Shown here: positions 1 to 13,057 of the stretch, in pieces
Position numbering within the stretch: the stretch's first letter is position 1
Layout of the letters: each line of letters opens with the position of its first letter
Assembly: GCF_000150275.1 (NCBI RefSeq)
Contig: NW_002061013.1
Coordinates: 1-35,242 of the forward strand
Reading direction: 5' to 3'
From: Trichoplax adhaerens
Lineage: Eukaryota > Animalia > Placozoa
Length of the DNA stretch: 35,242 nucleotides
Position numbers and translations under genes: made by a program
The notes under the pieces: generated by a model
Database searches by the model: none
Told to the model about the DNA's origin: nothing
The model's input: only the letters and a program-made list of their open reading frames with translations

Positions 1-150
1 GCATTCCATTTTCAACCAGTTATTAACACATCACTATTTTTCAGCATGAAAGTCAACATGGTACAAAGTGTGAAACGATTGACTAGTGCTAGTAAACACC
101 AGAAATGATGACCGTGTAGGGATAATCCAGGATATTGTCCAGGGATAACA

Positions 151-412
151 CCCAGCAATATCTATAAAACACACAGATTAACAAGTATAAGAGAAATTCA
201 GTTCACAACCCAAAATGTCAACTATAGGTCTAATGGCGATAAAGGGACGATTATATTATGGCAATAATGTTAGGGTTTGCGTTTAAAATGATATCGATTA
301 ATTAAGATTGCTTTAACTGGTTGAAAGACTTACCTGCTAAGCAAGATGAGATTGCTAACACCCAACAATATCTATCAAAAGCACAGATTAATAAGTATAA
401 GAGAGAAATCTG
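151..412 (-). repeat. Duplicated splice-acceptor/exon-start segment (151-200 vs 361-412)
   Basis: cccagcaatatctataaaacacacagattaacaagtataagaga vs cccaacaatatctatcaaaagcacagattaataagtataagaga. On the minus strand both read as a polypyrimidine tract + AG; a donor is present at ~333. Confidence 0.6.
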
Positions 413-927
413 TAGTATGGAAAAAGAATGTGAGAAAAAAAGACGTTTGATGGTTAACTGCCATTTTCACGTGTAGAATGCAGTAGAAGAAGAGGAAGAC
501 CAAGTAGAGAGTCGGCGCTGCAAGTTACTGTGCAAAATAGCTTGTCGCCCTATAGGAGTAGGAATTGACTCTACAGCGGACAATATTATAAGCAAGATAT
601 CAACCGAGTAACCTCACTTGGACTGAGAAAGTATGGCACAGGCACGCTGCTTACTGCATGCTCGCCATCAACTTTTCTTGGCTCTAACTGAAATCACTAA
701 TTTACCTCGTAAACTGTGGATAGCAAGGTGAGAAAGAGAATGAAAGCAGGCAATCTCACCTTTTGGGTCGAGAAAAAGTGGAAGATAACATGGACAACAA
801 GGTAAGACGATTTTCTGTTTGCAATATCCCTTCCAGTCATGATCGCCTTTGCTAGCAGAAATGTTGTACCAAATACATTGACTATTTTATCTTCTCATGT
901 TATTTTGACCAAGAACTTGCTGAGATT

Positions 928-1790
928 GTTTCTCTTTCAAGTCCGTCTTTACTGCAATTTGCAATAAACATTAAACTAGCTGCACAATTGCATTGATTGC
1001 AATACTATTAATTTTGTTTTGATTTATTTCTGGGTATTGGTTAAACTGACTTTTTGGGGGTTTGCTTTATGATCGACGAGATAGTCCATGATAGACTGCA
1101 ATTTCGCAAATCATTTTCTGTATCCCTATTTTTATTTTCTCACCCTGTTTTACCTTCATCTTAATCCTAAATCTTTTTACAAATGTTTTCCTTTTCTCTT
1201 CAAATCTTTCTTCACTACCATTTATAATTGGAATTGAACCAACTCAACCATTACATTCGCCCCGTGTTTTGCTTTATTTATCTTTGGGTATTGGTTTTAC
1301 TGACATAAAGGGTATACTTTATCCATCTGTACAGTACACACATCCATCATCTTGATTGATAGAAGTGATGTTGATTTAATTTGTTAATAGCTGAAGAGAT
1401 CGCCATCTATAGTATTACAAGACTGTCATCAATATCTACTTTAGACTAGATGGGATGCGTAATGATAGATAGGCTGCAATTTTGTAATCCATTTTCTCCA
1501 TCCCTATGTTGATCTTTATGTTCTCCTCCTATTTTACCAACGTTTTGTTACAGATGTTTTCCTTTTCTCTTTCAAGTCCCTCTTTGACTACGATCTGTAT
1601 TAGACATTAAACTAACTCAGCAATTGCATTGACGATAGACTAGACATAGACTACACTGCTTTTAATCATGTTTTGCTTTATTTATTTTTGGGTATTGGTT
1701 TTACTGACATTGGGGGTATACTTTATCCATCTGTACAGTATACAGTACACATGAATCATCTTCATTGATTATGGAAGTAATATTAATTAG
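928..1790. repeat. Three degenerate tandem units (~250-400 bp)
   Basis: tgggtattggtt..actgac at ~1031, ~1285, ~1690; ttctctttcaagtcc-like motif at ~930, ~1194, ~1565. Confidence 0.7.
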
Positions 1791-1874
1791 TTTATTGACA
1801 CTCTCGTTAAATTGCATTGGGTACAAGATACAAGATTAGCTTTACATTTCATGCAAATATTATTCCTTTTTTCA

Positions 1875-2090
1875 CGTGGGTTACTAACCAGTAACCCTCT
1901 CCACGCTTGATGATGAGTTGAGAGTGTTGAAGATTCCATTGAATGTCCTGTATGTAGAAGTGAGGGAATGGTAGAGTGATTTGTAGCTATAGTGTTTTGG
2001 GGTTATAAATATTCAAACTAGATAGATTTTCATACAGGATTAACTGCTTGTCCGACCATAAATTTTCATGGTCGAAGAATTGTGTTGCTA
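1875..2090 (-). pseudogene. Degenerate copy of the last propeller-gene exon (32780-33012)
   Basis: Shares ttgatgatgagttgagagtgttgaagattccattg and ttttcatacaggattaactgcttgtccgaccata with 32814-33010, with deletions. Confidence 0.85.
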
Positions 2091-2786
2091 AACTATGAAA
2101 CCGATAGTAAATCGTCTTGCTTTTTAGAAATTGAATGAGTGATCCAAGTTTTTTTGCTTACTATTTGTGGCGTTTTCCGCTAACTATCAGCATGCTTTTG
2201 CAAATATTTTTAATGAAGCTTTAACTTCATACCGTACTATTACACTTGAAGTATTTCCTTGTAACTATTAAGACATATGTCGTGCTTACATGCAATTTAA
2301 TTACATTATACGATAATAATGATTGAATCATCTTAAATAATAAAATGTAAATAAATAATAGATTATAGAGTCAAGTGGAATAGCGTTGTAGACGATTTGA
2401 TGAGAAAAACACCTGTTGTACTCTAATCACTTTCATGTCCGCTAAGGTAGGATAATTAATTATTACTAGTGTATCCAGGTATCATCCTAATTTATGCTCA
2501 ACTGCAGCAAATCGTCTATTGAAAAGGATTATAATTTTATTTTAAGCTTAGGCTAGCACATTGAACTAATACAGTAATATATTTTGACCTATATCATATA
2601 TCCTGTAAATATTTAAGGCTTGCAACAACAAAGCTAATTAATATCCACGTCAAATGCTAGATACTAATGTAAAGTATCAGACATTAAATGAGTCTACAAT
2701 TTCTACGTAATATACAAACGTTTAAGTAAACAATTAGACTTTTCGTCATCTCCATTAAAAGCATGCGACCGACCGATCTACTGTAG

Positions 2787-2842
2787 AAATGTATCAAATG
2801 TATCCATAACAAATGTATCCATTAAATGTAACAAATGTATCC
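2787..2842. repeat. Short degenerate tandem repeat AAATGTATC(C), ~5 copies
   Basis: Read directly. Confidence 0.7.
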
Positions 2843-3013
2843 GTCAAAAAAGCGAGGAGAATTAATTATCTTATATGAAGTCTTTAGTAACAATATTCAT
2901 AATAATTCCTATAACTTTAAAAGGATACTTTTATATTATGTACACCAGGAGTTTCTGACGAGACTATAAAAGGCTGATGCCTGAAGATTCCTTTTTAGTT
3001 CGTTAGTCGGTGG

Positions 3014-3063
3014 NNNNNNNNNNNNNNNNNNNNNNNNNNNNNNNNNNNNNNNNNNNNNNNNNN
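3014..3063. other. Assembly gap (50 N)
   Basis: Run of N. Confidence 1.
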
Positions 3064-3301
3064 GAAATGAACTATTCCGCATACCATACTAATTAATAAT
3101 CTGATTGAGTCTTAGCTAATATTATTGCATTGTTCCTTAATAATTATATATAATTAACAGGGTTAAAGGAATACTATAACTATCAAATCTGATCGTTGGA
3201 CAACCAATATAACAGAATAGATCATATTATAGTCTACATCATAGCGTTAAGTACAGCTAGTGGAGCTCGTGAATTACTGTACTATACATGATGTGTTGGG
3301 G

Positions 3302-4648
3302 GAAATTACTGCAGGTATACAGTATAAGCCTACTCAAGGAAATAAGTTACCGTTAAGAACATGAAATTCAGACATTGCCGTAGCCTATTTTAAAATTTCA
3401 AGCGCTAACCTAATTATTATTTGCATACATATTGCAATGAGGGGCGTAATATTGTACTCTTGACTAATCAAAGTTTGTATAAAGGTATTAATACGACAAC
3501 ATGAGCAGGCAATCAGTACTGATTTAGCGCAGTAATTATTTGCTCATTTTTAAATATGTGAAGCACTTTCTAGTTACGGCTGCTGTTATGTATTCAGTAT
3601 TATTAATATTATTGTTATTAACATTTCGATGTTGGTTCTTATTGTAAACATATTATGGTAAACATGTTGATGCCAGTTACACTTTTGATGTTATTTACGA
3701 GAATATTATGTAACTATTTAAACCAGTTACTTGCACATCTGGGAGGGTTTTTTCCAGATTACATGTTAGAATGTAAATAAAACTCATACATATTTCAATA
3801 CAGGTTTTCCAGTACTAACCATTCCTCATCCAGTTTACAACAGCTACAAAAGGGATAATTATTGTAGATGTTTTAGCCAACCTGACTTTCGTCAATACAC
3901 ATTTGCCATAAAGTTAATTTAGAATAAAAATTTGAAAAAAACTAATAGCATGATACTTGAGATTACCTTCGCCTGTTTTCAAACTACACTCTCCAACCTA
4001 ATCACTGATGCCATATTATTATATTACCGAGAATCTACAAATAGGTTAGGAATTGGTGACAAATATTTTCATCTTCATTAACGGTGCATAATAATAATCG
4101 ATACGATCGCTAGCTGTAATAGACTCGGTGACCGAAACGTTGATATCGATTGTATGTAAGCAATATTTGTTGATAACTCATACGATACAAAGACCAGGTA
4201 ATACTTAATTAGGTAAACTATTTCAATGAAGAAAAGCTATTTCTATTTCGACTAATCCGGCATTGAAATTATTCATTTTAAGTAATCTATTTAAAAATTG
4301 AATCTGTACTGACTGCAAAGTCAATCGGGAGTTTATTTTTTATACAGGATATCAGCTAATGTAGATAAAGGATTTCATATCTGTAGGTGAAAATCCATCA
4401 TTTCATCAATACTCAATGCACGACCTTTTATGAATCCTTTTGGTACCATAGTTAATGAAAACGATACTATTTAAATAAGTATGTATTGTAATTGTTCGAT
4501 TTCGGCCTACTACAAAGTGATAATATAAAATAATATGAAGGATGATCAATAAAATGTCGTGACATGCTAACGCACATCTTCCTTGACGACAAATGTAATA
4601 AATAATGACTTATAGTGATTCACATTTAGAGCAAGTTAACTTTAATTT
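3302..4648 (+). repeat. Non-coding duplicated block; other copies at ~16471-17470 and ~27692-28074
   Basis: Direct sequence match, e.g. aatgaggggcgtaatattg and gacttttgatcaatacacatttgcc-like segments in all three copies. Confidence 0.88.
3584..3842 (+). mobile_element. Solo LTR, 259 bp
   Basis: Ends TGTT...AACA. Flanked by a 5-bp target duplication GCTGC/GCTAC (3579-3583, 3843-3847). TATA-like TATTTAAA at ~3715, AATAAA at 3776. Paralogous blocks show the empty site GGCTACAA at ~16663 and ~27968. Confidence 0.85.
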
Positions 4649-5844
4649 GTCTCACCTTTAAGAACCGTACAATTATTCACGGAAATCCGTATAATATCGC
4701 TATAATAATCCGCAAAGCTTTACAAAGACTGATATGTTTAAGTTATGTCGGGTATCGTAATGAAATCGTGATGTACTCTATTCTCTCTAGCCCGTTTAGT
4801 ATCGTTCATGCTAAAATTACTGAGTGGGTAAAACTTGCAGTTTGGTACTACAATTTACAAATGAATAAGACTGCGATGATTACTTGATTTGTTACCATAA
4901 AACGATTGCCCTAAAAGAAGGCGTAGTAGTGCAATTAATTCGATATTTGTATCATGTCAATAAAGGTAAAACTAAACCATATTTATGATCAATTATCTGA
5001 TCAAATACAATGGATAGGTTGCATTGCGCTCAGAGTACATAAAATAGGAGTCATATATCGATAGGCAAGGAAGGATTCCTTCAGCGGAAATGATGATAAA
5101 AATTTTTATTCTGAACTTACATCGCTAAATGTAGCAGCAGACTCTATTCTATAGTATATTGAAGTTACTGTGTTCTTTTTTCTATTGAACACATGAGCTG
5201 GTTCTAATACACTTTATTTTTCATATATAAGAACTATTTATATCACACGCTTAAAAATCAAATGTTAATCCTATCATGTATAGAGCAACAGAACTTAAAT
5301 AGGAGTAGTCATCAGCTATAAAGAGCAGTCATCAGCTATATTACATCTCACATACTGTATAGCTGGGTGCCAATGAGTTATTTCCAATTATTAATCTATT
5401 CCGGAAATACGCGTACGCTTAACAAGTGAAAAATATAACTAGAAATACTTTAGTCTTACGTGTTACAAGGTAAATGTTCTTACTACATTCTTTCATTAAC
5501 TACGTTCTCTAACTTACTACTAATCTATAGCTTAAATATTTTTAAATATTGTATAAAATTTATATACTGAGTTAAAATTATAACTTTGTATTAACTAAGG
5601 AAACCCTTTGGTTGAACAACTAGCTGGATAGTATTTTATTTCAGTTTTCCGTGTTTACTACCACAGTAATAGATACAATTAATATTACTCACTTTCAGTA
5701 GACGTCATCGGTATACAGTTAAAATATCTTACGAAGGTAACAGCATATCTTAGAAATAGCGGGCTAAGCAAGTTATTTACGTCCTACTCTTTCACTGAGT
5801 ATGTATATTTTACCCATTTAAATGATCAATTTCATGCACCTAAC

Positions 5845-8800
5845 CTTGATCGTTATTAGTGCTTAATGCTTTCTGACTTTTGATACCTGTAAGATTATTT
5901 TCAATTCAAGCAGTAAGTATGGATATTTCTCTTTATTTGATTAATTTCATAATAAATACTAACTATCTTAGTGATCAGTTTTACTGCAGTGTAAATACTG
6001 GTCTTGATGATGCAACAACTCCAATATTAATTTAGTAAAGAATTCAATTAAAATTTTCTATTTTAAGTAGATTGTGGCGGTATTTACCAGTAGCTTTGGT
6101 TGCTTCATCCGGGTCGATGTTTATCTTTTCCGCAACTGCACGTAAATTAGCTTTATAGAGAGCTTCAATTAGCTTTAACTTGGTGAAACTTGAGCCTTTC
6201 GTATCATGTTGTTCATATAACATCTCCGCACATTGTTCATTGACATCATCAGCATTATTAGCCTTTATAGTTTTAATTTGGTTCCGATTAAAATGTAGCA
6301 CCCTTGCTAAGTTTCGCCATTTTGTGCCAATGTCATCGACAATAAGGTTAAAATACTGTTGTGCAGCTGTCGTTACGTAAAGAGAAACATAGATATTTTA
6401 TTATTTGTACTGTGATGTTGAAGACAGTGTTGATGGTTAGACATGAAAGACGATAATGAATAAGTGCTATATCGGTAACTGTAGTTGCAAATTACTAGCA
6501 AGTAGTGCTTACGCGAATCTGGATTAGTCACTTTTACACTTTCTGTCTCACCATTACCATTAGAAATTTGGAATGTTCTGATAACAATAATAGTAGTTTA
6601 ATTAACAGTCATGTAATAGTTAGATTTGCACAAAAAATGACGAAATTTGGCAAGACATTAATCTAAGATTAATTGAATGCCTGTATTAGTGTATTATTAA
6701 CTCTTGATTGTCAAGTGTATATTTCGTCGTAAAATACTACTGGTTTCACTTATATTCTGAACTGCGCCTCGAATTTACTAAATTCGGTTTAAAATTTTCA
6801 GAAATTAGCAAGAAGCTAAATTACTATGAAAATATCCTGATATCTGCATAACGATCACGCCCCAATGATGTTAAAATAGGGATAGACACAGCTAATTATG
6901 AACAAAGTTATCTAACTCGATTTTACTAGCTACGATAGCACTCCGAATCACTTACGAATGGTTTGGTTTTAAGTTACCGGAAAAAAAACTATTGCATTGC
7001 GATAATGTCTAGACAGCTGGATATTACCTACATAATTCGCTTTGTGGTAATGGTCAAGCTTAACTTTAGGTCTATATCGTGTCTAATTATTTAATGTGTG
7101 ATGTTATGTTGCATCGATACTCGGTGAGACATTAAGTAATGAGAAAGTGAAGAAGCAGTTTACCAGCTGCTAATTTACGGTAATTTGACTGAAATTCTCA
7201 TAGCTTAGATGGTTAATATAATATAATACGGAAATTAACGAAAATATATGGTGGTTGCTAGCAAGAAACTTGTAATGTACAGTAGATACTCCTTTTTTAA
7301 GTCTACTATCATAATTTCATTTTTGTTGTAGGAGAATAACGAATCATGCGAATGTTATAGAATACACGTAGAAATTGCGCAGTAACCATAAGATAATTAT
7401 AACATAACCTGGAAATAGCCGATATCAGTACTTATCTTATCTAAAATCTGATATATATTTGCATAGATAACCGAACGTTTTGATAATGTTATCGAAGTAG
7501 GGCTCATCGATATTTATGTACATTAACTATGTGATTTGAATGATGCCATTTCAATAAATTTGAGAATCTTCAGTTTAGCCTTACAAGTCTACCTGACTAC
7601 TCAACTGATCTAGTAAGCAGTCCAGTTCAAGCTACTGTCGATAATCGTAATTTATTGTTGTTGATCTATTTACGGGTAATTTAATTTAAGTTGGTGATTT
7701 CTATAAAGATTGAACACCTAATTCTTGGTAAGTTGGCATATTGACTGCAGACAAACTGATATAGATGCTAAGTAATGGAGTCTTTTAAGCCATTTCATAA
7801 CAAGTTATCGAGTACAAAATAGAAATTGACGATGAACGCTTCTTAAGAATGTATACTTACGGTATATCGATTGGAGGTGGCGAATTTTGATTTGAGATGG
7901 ATTTGTTCTTTGGTTTTGAAGATATTTCCGGTTGTTGCTCTACCAGTGGTTCAATGCTAAATATTAGTAATGTAACATTTAAAATTCCGTAAAAGGTCTA
8001 TAATTTTAGTATCAAGTTTATCTGATTTGCTTCAGTGTTACTTATGATAGAATCTGTAGTAGAATTTTAGCTGGCAGTTTGATAGCAAACTAGTGTACTA
8101 TGTTCTAATCGTCTTTTAACATACGATACATAATTTAAATACTTTACAACAAACTATAGGAATTTCAAATATTTCGCCAATACGGTCATCTTTACAAATG
8201 TTTTTGTAAAAGACTTGTACAGCAGAAGTAATATAGTACATTACTAAACGATATAAACCTGCTATATCGCAATAGCTTGGAAAATATTTACTGCTTGAAA
8301 ACTAAAGATCGATGCATGTTCTAACGATTTTTTTATTATTGCTACAAATCGATATTCGTCAAAGAAGAAATAAAATGCTTTTAGCAACTTAACATTAAAG
8401 CCTACTAATAGATCTGTCCTCCCAACATCCCACACAGTACAATTCTAAATATTAACAACCTTGCCATCGTCAGGAGGTTGTCATAAACTGCATGTCTCTT
8501 CTAGATAAACTGAGCCTCCTGATAAATTCATAACAGCTATAAGTTTATTATTACGTTACAATTATATTAGTGTTGAAATTTCTATGATTAAAAAGGCTCA
8601 TGGTCATTTAAATATCACTACAGCATAATAGAACATTAGTACGGTACATAGATTATAATGTTATACAAAATTATTGATATGCCAAATAGGTTCATATCTT
8701 AAAAAGTTGTGTTGTTACTACTTGAGTATGTACTGTAATAAGGGTACTTAAAGCTTTTTAAAGGCAACACTTGATAATACATAATTTAAGGTCTAAAGTG

Positions 8801-9617
8801 CAAATATTGCGATTAATGGCACAGGAAAGTGTTTGAAACATATTACAATTAGCTTTTGATTATAATTGCCTAGCCAGTCGATAAGCGAAATGATAGCAAA
8901 AATATAAAAATAAAACTAGCAACCTTTAGTTCCAACTATATCTCAAAGTAGAGGTGCGACCGAGCATGAATGAGAACGATGACCAGTAATATTTTAATTC
9001 ATTAAAAGTCCTTTCCCTGCATATTTGTAATCCGATGTCATGTATGCTATCATTGCGTTCAATAGTCTGAACAGTGTCTGATTTTAAATTTAAGCATCGA
9101 TGATTATTTATAGTACTGGTAAATTGGTAAAATAAATAATTAATAATAATCAATTAACAGCATCCTTGACATTATAATAACAGTACAAGTTATTTAAATC
9201 TAATAAATACAAAGATTGCACTGAGTTTATGAGTTAACATTCATTTCCCAAAAGAGAATATTTTGGAGCACCCGTTATTTATAAAAGTCGAGAAAGCTAT
9301 TTACCTTTATTTTCTGCAGTTTTATTAGCCTCTTTTTCTAATCGTTCACCAAGTTCCCGAACACTACTAATATCGCTCTCTTGTAGCAAGTGACAAAATT
9401 GATAAAAGTTATCATCGCTTCTTGATTCCAGTACTTTTAGAAATTCAAAGGCTCGTTCTTTGTCAGTTTTACAGTCATCTCTCAGTTTTTTGACTTCTTC
9501 ATTAGATAAAATTTGTCGAAAACGTAGATCATATAGTATATCTACCAAAGGGACACTTGTGCTTATTTCTGAACAGTATTGGTCAATGATTCCTTTAATA
9601 GCTCGGGTTACAACCAT
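5845..9617 (-). CDS. CARD-linker-death domain adaptor (RAIDD/CRADD-like architecture), copy A. Exons 9305-9617 (CARD), 7861-7956, 6513-6577, 6088-6366 (DD), 5845-5886; last exon unresolved
   Basis: CARD: MVVTRAIKGIIDQY...ILSNEEVKKL...KERAFEFLKVLESRSDDNFYQFCHLLQES. DD: YFNLIVDDIGTKWRNLARVL...EQCAEML...KLIEALYKANLRAVAEKI. Exons from 7956 to 5845 join in frame. The CARD exon ends in phase 1 and exon 7956 starts in phase 2, so the exact isoform is uncertain. Confidence 0.7.
6088..6366 (-). CDS. Death-domain exon, copy A (93 codons, phase 1-1)
   Basis: Acceptor acgacag|CT, donor CTG|gtaaat. FADD/RAIDD-like DD motif I.D.IG..W..LAR.L and L.EAL....LR.VAE.I. Confidence 0.9.
9305..9617 (-). CDS. CARD exon, copy A (intact)
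   Basis: ATG at 9617, open for 104 codons + 1 nt, donor AAAG|gtaaat. Upstream acceptor ttcatatag|GAG near 9637. Six-helix CARD pattern. Confidence 0.88.
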
Positions 9618-10307
9618 TTTATACGTAGCTGTTACTCCTATATGAAAATATACAAGATCCAATTTAAGATAAATTGGGAGCAATACATACGGTATACATG
9701 TATACCGGATATAAATTAAAATTAGCTATGAAAACGAAGTACTTTAAAAGGATAAGTTTAGTTTCAGTCAGCTATTTCGCCTACATTCCTTTACAGCATT
9801 ATGCTGATTCTTTTAGACTAAGTTAATTGCTATCTCATCGCTTACGGTATAAATTATCTTGCGAATTATTAGAGTTATGATAGTATTGTAGTACGAGATA
9901 AATGTTAATTACGTATTCAACAATTCAATTGATTTCATCAAATGAATGAAGTTGATACTTGCTATATTATTAGGAATATAAGTGAAATTTTTGGTAGATT
10001 AATTGATAAGATTTTTTATAGCACAATGGAGAAACAATGAAAATGATCTTTTTACATTTACTTCAAGGACGATTTTTCAGTTGAAAAATGAAATAGTATT
10101 GTAATATTTCAGTTCTATTCAGTTTTACTGGTAGCCATTGAATGTTAATAACATAAATTCTGTACTAGCGAAGACTGAAGTCAGCAATCAAAAGAATCGC
10201 CATTTTGTACTTTATGAACTAATAATGCATACTAGAGTAACGTGATGTATAATTATAATGGATGCTAGCAATTCTTACAGGTGCATTAAAATATTTAATT
10301 TGTAACC

Positions 10308-10618
10308 TGTTATGGTATATGTTGTATCTAATTCCACAATCCTATTCTCTGCATGTGCTCTATCTTTAAAACTATAAATACCGGCGATTTCTAACTCAGA
10401 GTTCATTAGCCTCTCAGTTAGTCTTCTAGTTAGTCTCTCACAGTCTAATACTTCTACTCGTTACTCACGACAGCTTGCACGCTGATCTACCGTAACTACC
10501 TCACTGTACTTCACATTACTAACCTACAATAAAGCATAACTTTTATAAACCCTTTGTTGTAATAATTGTAAATGGCGACTAAATCTCAATCCTCTGAGAT
10601 ATCGAACCCTCCATCACA
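10308..10618 (+). mobile_element. Truncated LTR-retrotransposon 5' end (LTR plus start of internal region)
   Basis: Absent from the duplicate (~26214-26231). Begins TGTTATG, with TATAAATA at 10373, a CT-rich tract, AATAAA at 10528, then PBS-like TGGCGAC at 10573. The right end and TSD are not recoverable. Confidence 0.55.
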
Positions 10619-11604
10619 GTCTTACTGATAAAAGATGAGAAATATCTTAATCAAAGCACTAATCCATGATAAGTAATAAGTAATAAGGATATGGTTGCTT
10701 TATTTTCCTCAGAATCAGTTTTGTAGTATCTGTAATATAATACTTTTTGTTAAACATGATTCTTATATAGATTAGCCTGAGCCGATACATCTGCAATATG
10801 ATGTACTTTATTTTCTTCAAAATCAGTTATTACTTGCATCGCACGCCAGTTAATACTGAGTTGCATCAAGCCTTAGCATCCTAACTTTGCAGAAATTTGG
10901 AGTTTCTACGTAAATTAGTAATACCTTTGTTTAACTTTTTATAAGCTATCAACTGTAGTAAGGTAATTAAATAGTAGTAAAATCATAAATTACTGCAATT
11001 ATTATTTATGTATCCGTTAGTGAAACAAGTTATATGCTTAAATACATGAAGAATCCGCTAACTTTAAATCGATAGTAAGTATACTCATATGCTTTCTCCA
11101 GCCGAAACACTAGTAACGGAGCGACTTTTCAGGCCAAATAATCTACCATAAATAAGAGCGATTTGTGAGCCATTTAAAATTCGCAATCACTGTAATTATT
11201 TCATGCCTGACCCACAATACCGAAAACTAAATAGAGTATGATAGTTTGGTTTCGAGATAGTCATTGCAAGAGTATACCGTACGTTACATTATTGCAGTAG
11301 TAAAATATACTAAAATATGTACTTAGAACTGAAAATGATCGCAGTTACCTCTCAAGTTTAACCATTTTCTCCTACAAGTAAATCTCGTAATAGACGATAA
11401 AACTGTCAGCGATTTGAGAAAAAAGTGATTTACGAAGATCTACAGTATAATCTTGTTGACTAAATAATCAATTTTTATCATATACGTACATGGACCGTAT
11501 CATATCCTAAACGATCCATCTAACCTAATTTGAGTGATTTCCCATTGGTGAAATGATACGCTGCAATATATTTTTATTGACTTTTAAACATAATTAACTC
11601 CTAC

Positions 11605-13057
11605 TGTAGTAAAAGGACTAAAAGTACAGTCCTTTGTAGTTTTTAGTATGTAATTAGTATTATTTTACTATACAAAATACCTACAAAGTGATAGTGTCTT
11701 TAAGTTTTACCCTGCCAGCCAAATCATCATGTCGCCATCTTTTCTTCTTCATTATTTTACAAGGTATTATATAGATTACTATAGAAGTAGCCCTATAGAG
11801 CAAATGCCTAATCTAAAGAAAGGGCGTTTCATCGTCTATTCAAATTGTAAAGAAATTTGACTTAGTAGCAAAACCCTATCCTTAGAGAAAGGGGATTTAT
11901 AACATGACGATAAAGTACTGTAATGTAGTCTATACTCGTACAGTTACAGCACAATCTGACGCTAAAACATCAACTGTCAATACTCGCGAATACTAAGCGA
12001 TACTAATGTCAGAAAAGTAGTCGTAGTAGTCATATAAATTTTTTTGATAAGCGATTACTGTGATCTTCATAAAAAGCGAATTTTTCCGGATTTGTGTCCG
12101 ATATAGTTTTCGGATTCTGGGACCGGTCAGGTTTGTGTCCGATATAATTTTCCTGTTTTGGAACCGGTCGGCTTTATTTTTAATTTATGTCTGAATTATA
12201 ATTTTTCTGTTTTAATTTTTGGATTTTTGTTCATGAAAAATATCGTAAGAGTTGATTTTTGAGATTTGGACTTTTTGTTATGAATTTGAAACTTTGGAAT
12301 TTTATGACGTGACTTGAGTCACGTTAGGAGATTTAGTGAGGAAAATAGAAAATAAGATGGAAATTGGCAGAGGTTGTGTTGATTGTTAGGTAGTTAGAAT
12401 GTTGTTTTTATGACTAAATCTTGATGTTTAAAGGTTAATTTTTAGCTTTTTATAGTGTATTAATGATAGAAATTATGTTAGAAATGAAGTTTGATGTATT
12501 TTTATAGTTAGCTTGTTACTTTTATAGTGTTTTGTAAGGGAATGGTAGGGTTAATTGTGTCTGAACTTTGAATGATTTTTGTTTTCTTAAATGGTGCAAA
12601 GTAGTTTTCTAAAACGGATCTTAAGAGCGATTGGTTAGCAAATGTTTAGTTTTAAATACCTCTGACGGCTCTACGAAGCCTATAAATGATAGTGCAATTA
12701 GAAAATTTAGGGAGAGAGTAGAAGAAGATTTTATTTGAAGAACTTGTTGAATTTAAAAGGCCTTCGGGGTCGAATTGTCGTAAGTTAAAACGTTCTTCTT
12801 TTTGAAAGGTTGTTTGGTCGTTGATAGTTTTTAAGTCTGTAATTTATTTTAATAATACTTAAAGCTAAGTATTTGTGCGGTTGTTCGGTTTATACTTCTC
12901 TCCATTTTTGTTTTGAAATAAATTGTTGTTCGGTTATTTCCCCAAATTTTATTTGGTGTCAAAGTATTAGCGCTAAGTCGACCGGAGTGCAACGAAAGTA
13001 GAATCAAAGTTTGTTAAAGTTTTGTAGCTTGATCTCTACATATTTCATTTCATTACA
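11605..13057. mobile_element. 1453-bp TG...CA insertion with 4-bp TSD (long solo LTR or non-autonomous integrase-type element)
   Basis: Starts TGTAGTAAAA, ends TTTCATTACA (imperfect inverted termini). CTAC is duplicated at 11601-11604 and 13058-13061. Empty site AACTCCTACATTG at ~27205-27217. Confidence 0.85.

Noticed and set aside
477-790. GC-richer plus-strand segment with splice-like signals
   Set aside because: The frames I read contain stops and I recognise no family.
6180-6380. Plus-strand ORFs 6180-6380, 9460-9645, 22170-22388, 25227-25412, 34045-34329
   Set aside because: Antisense shadows of minus-strand exons with no recognisable motifs.
8926-9153. ORFs 8926-9153 and 24855-25058 as genes or linker exons
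   Set aside because: The two copies differ by frameshifting indels, and neither bridges the CARD exon to the next exon in frame.
5845-9617. Assigning the symbols CRADD, FADD, PIDD1 or APAF1
   Set aside because: Only domain architecture or motifs are similar; orthology cannot be established from this window.
12091-12210. 41-bp repeats (and other short repeats) as a CRISPR-like array
   Set aside because: Only two to three degenerate adjacent units, no unique spacers, eukaryotic context, no cas genes.
12954-12966. TGGTGTCAAAGT as a tRNA primer-binding site
   Set aside because: It sits ~100 bp inside the element's right end rather than after an LTR-terminal CA, and the match is short.
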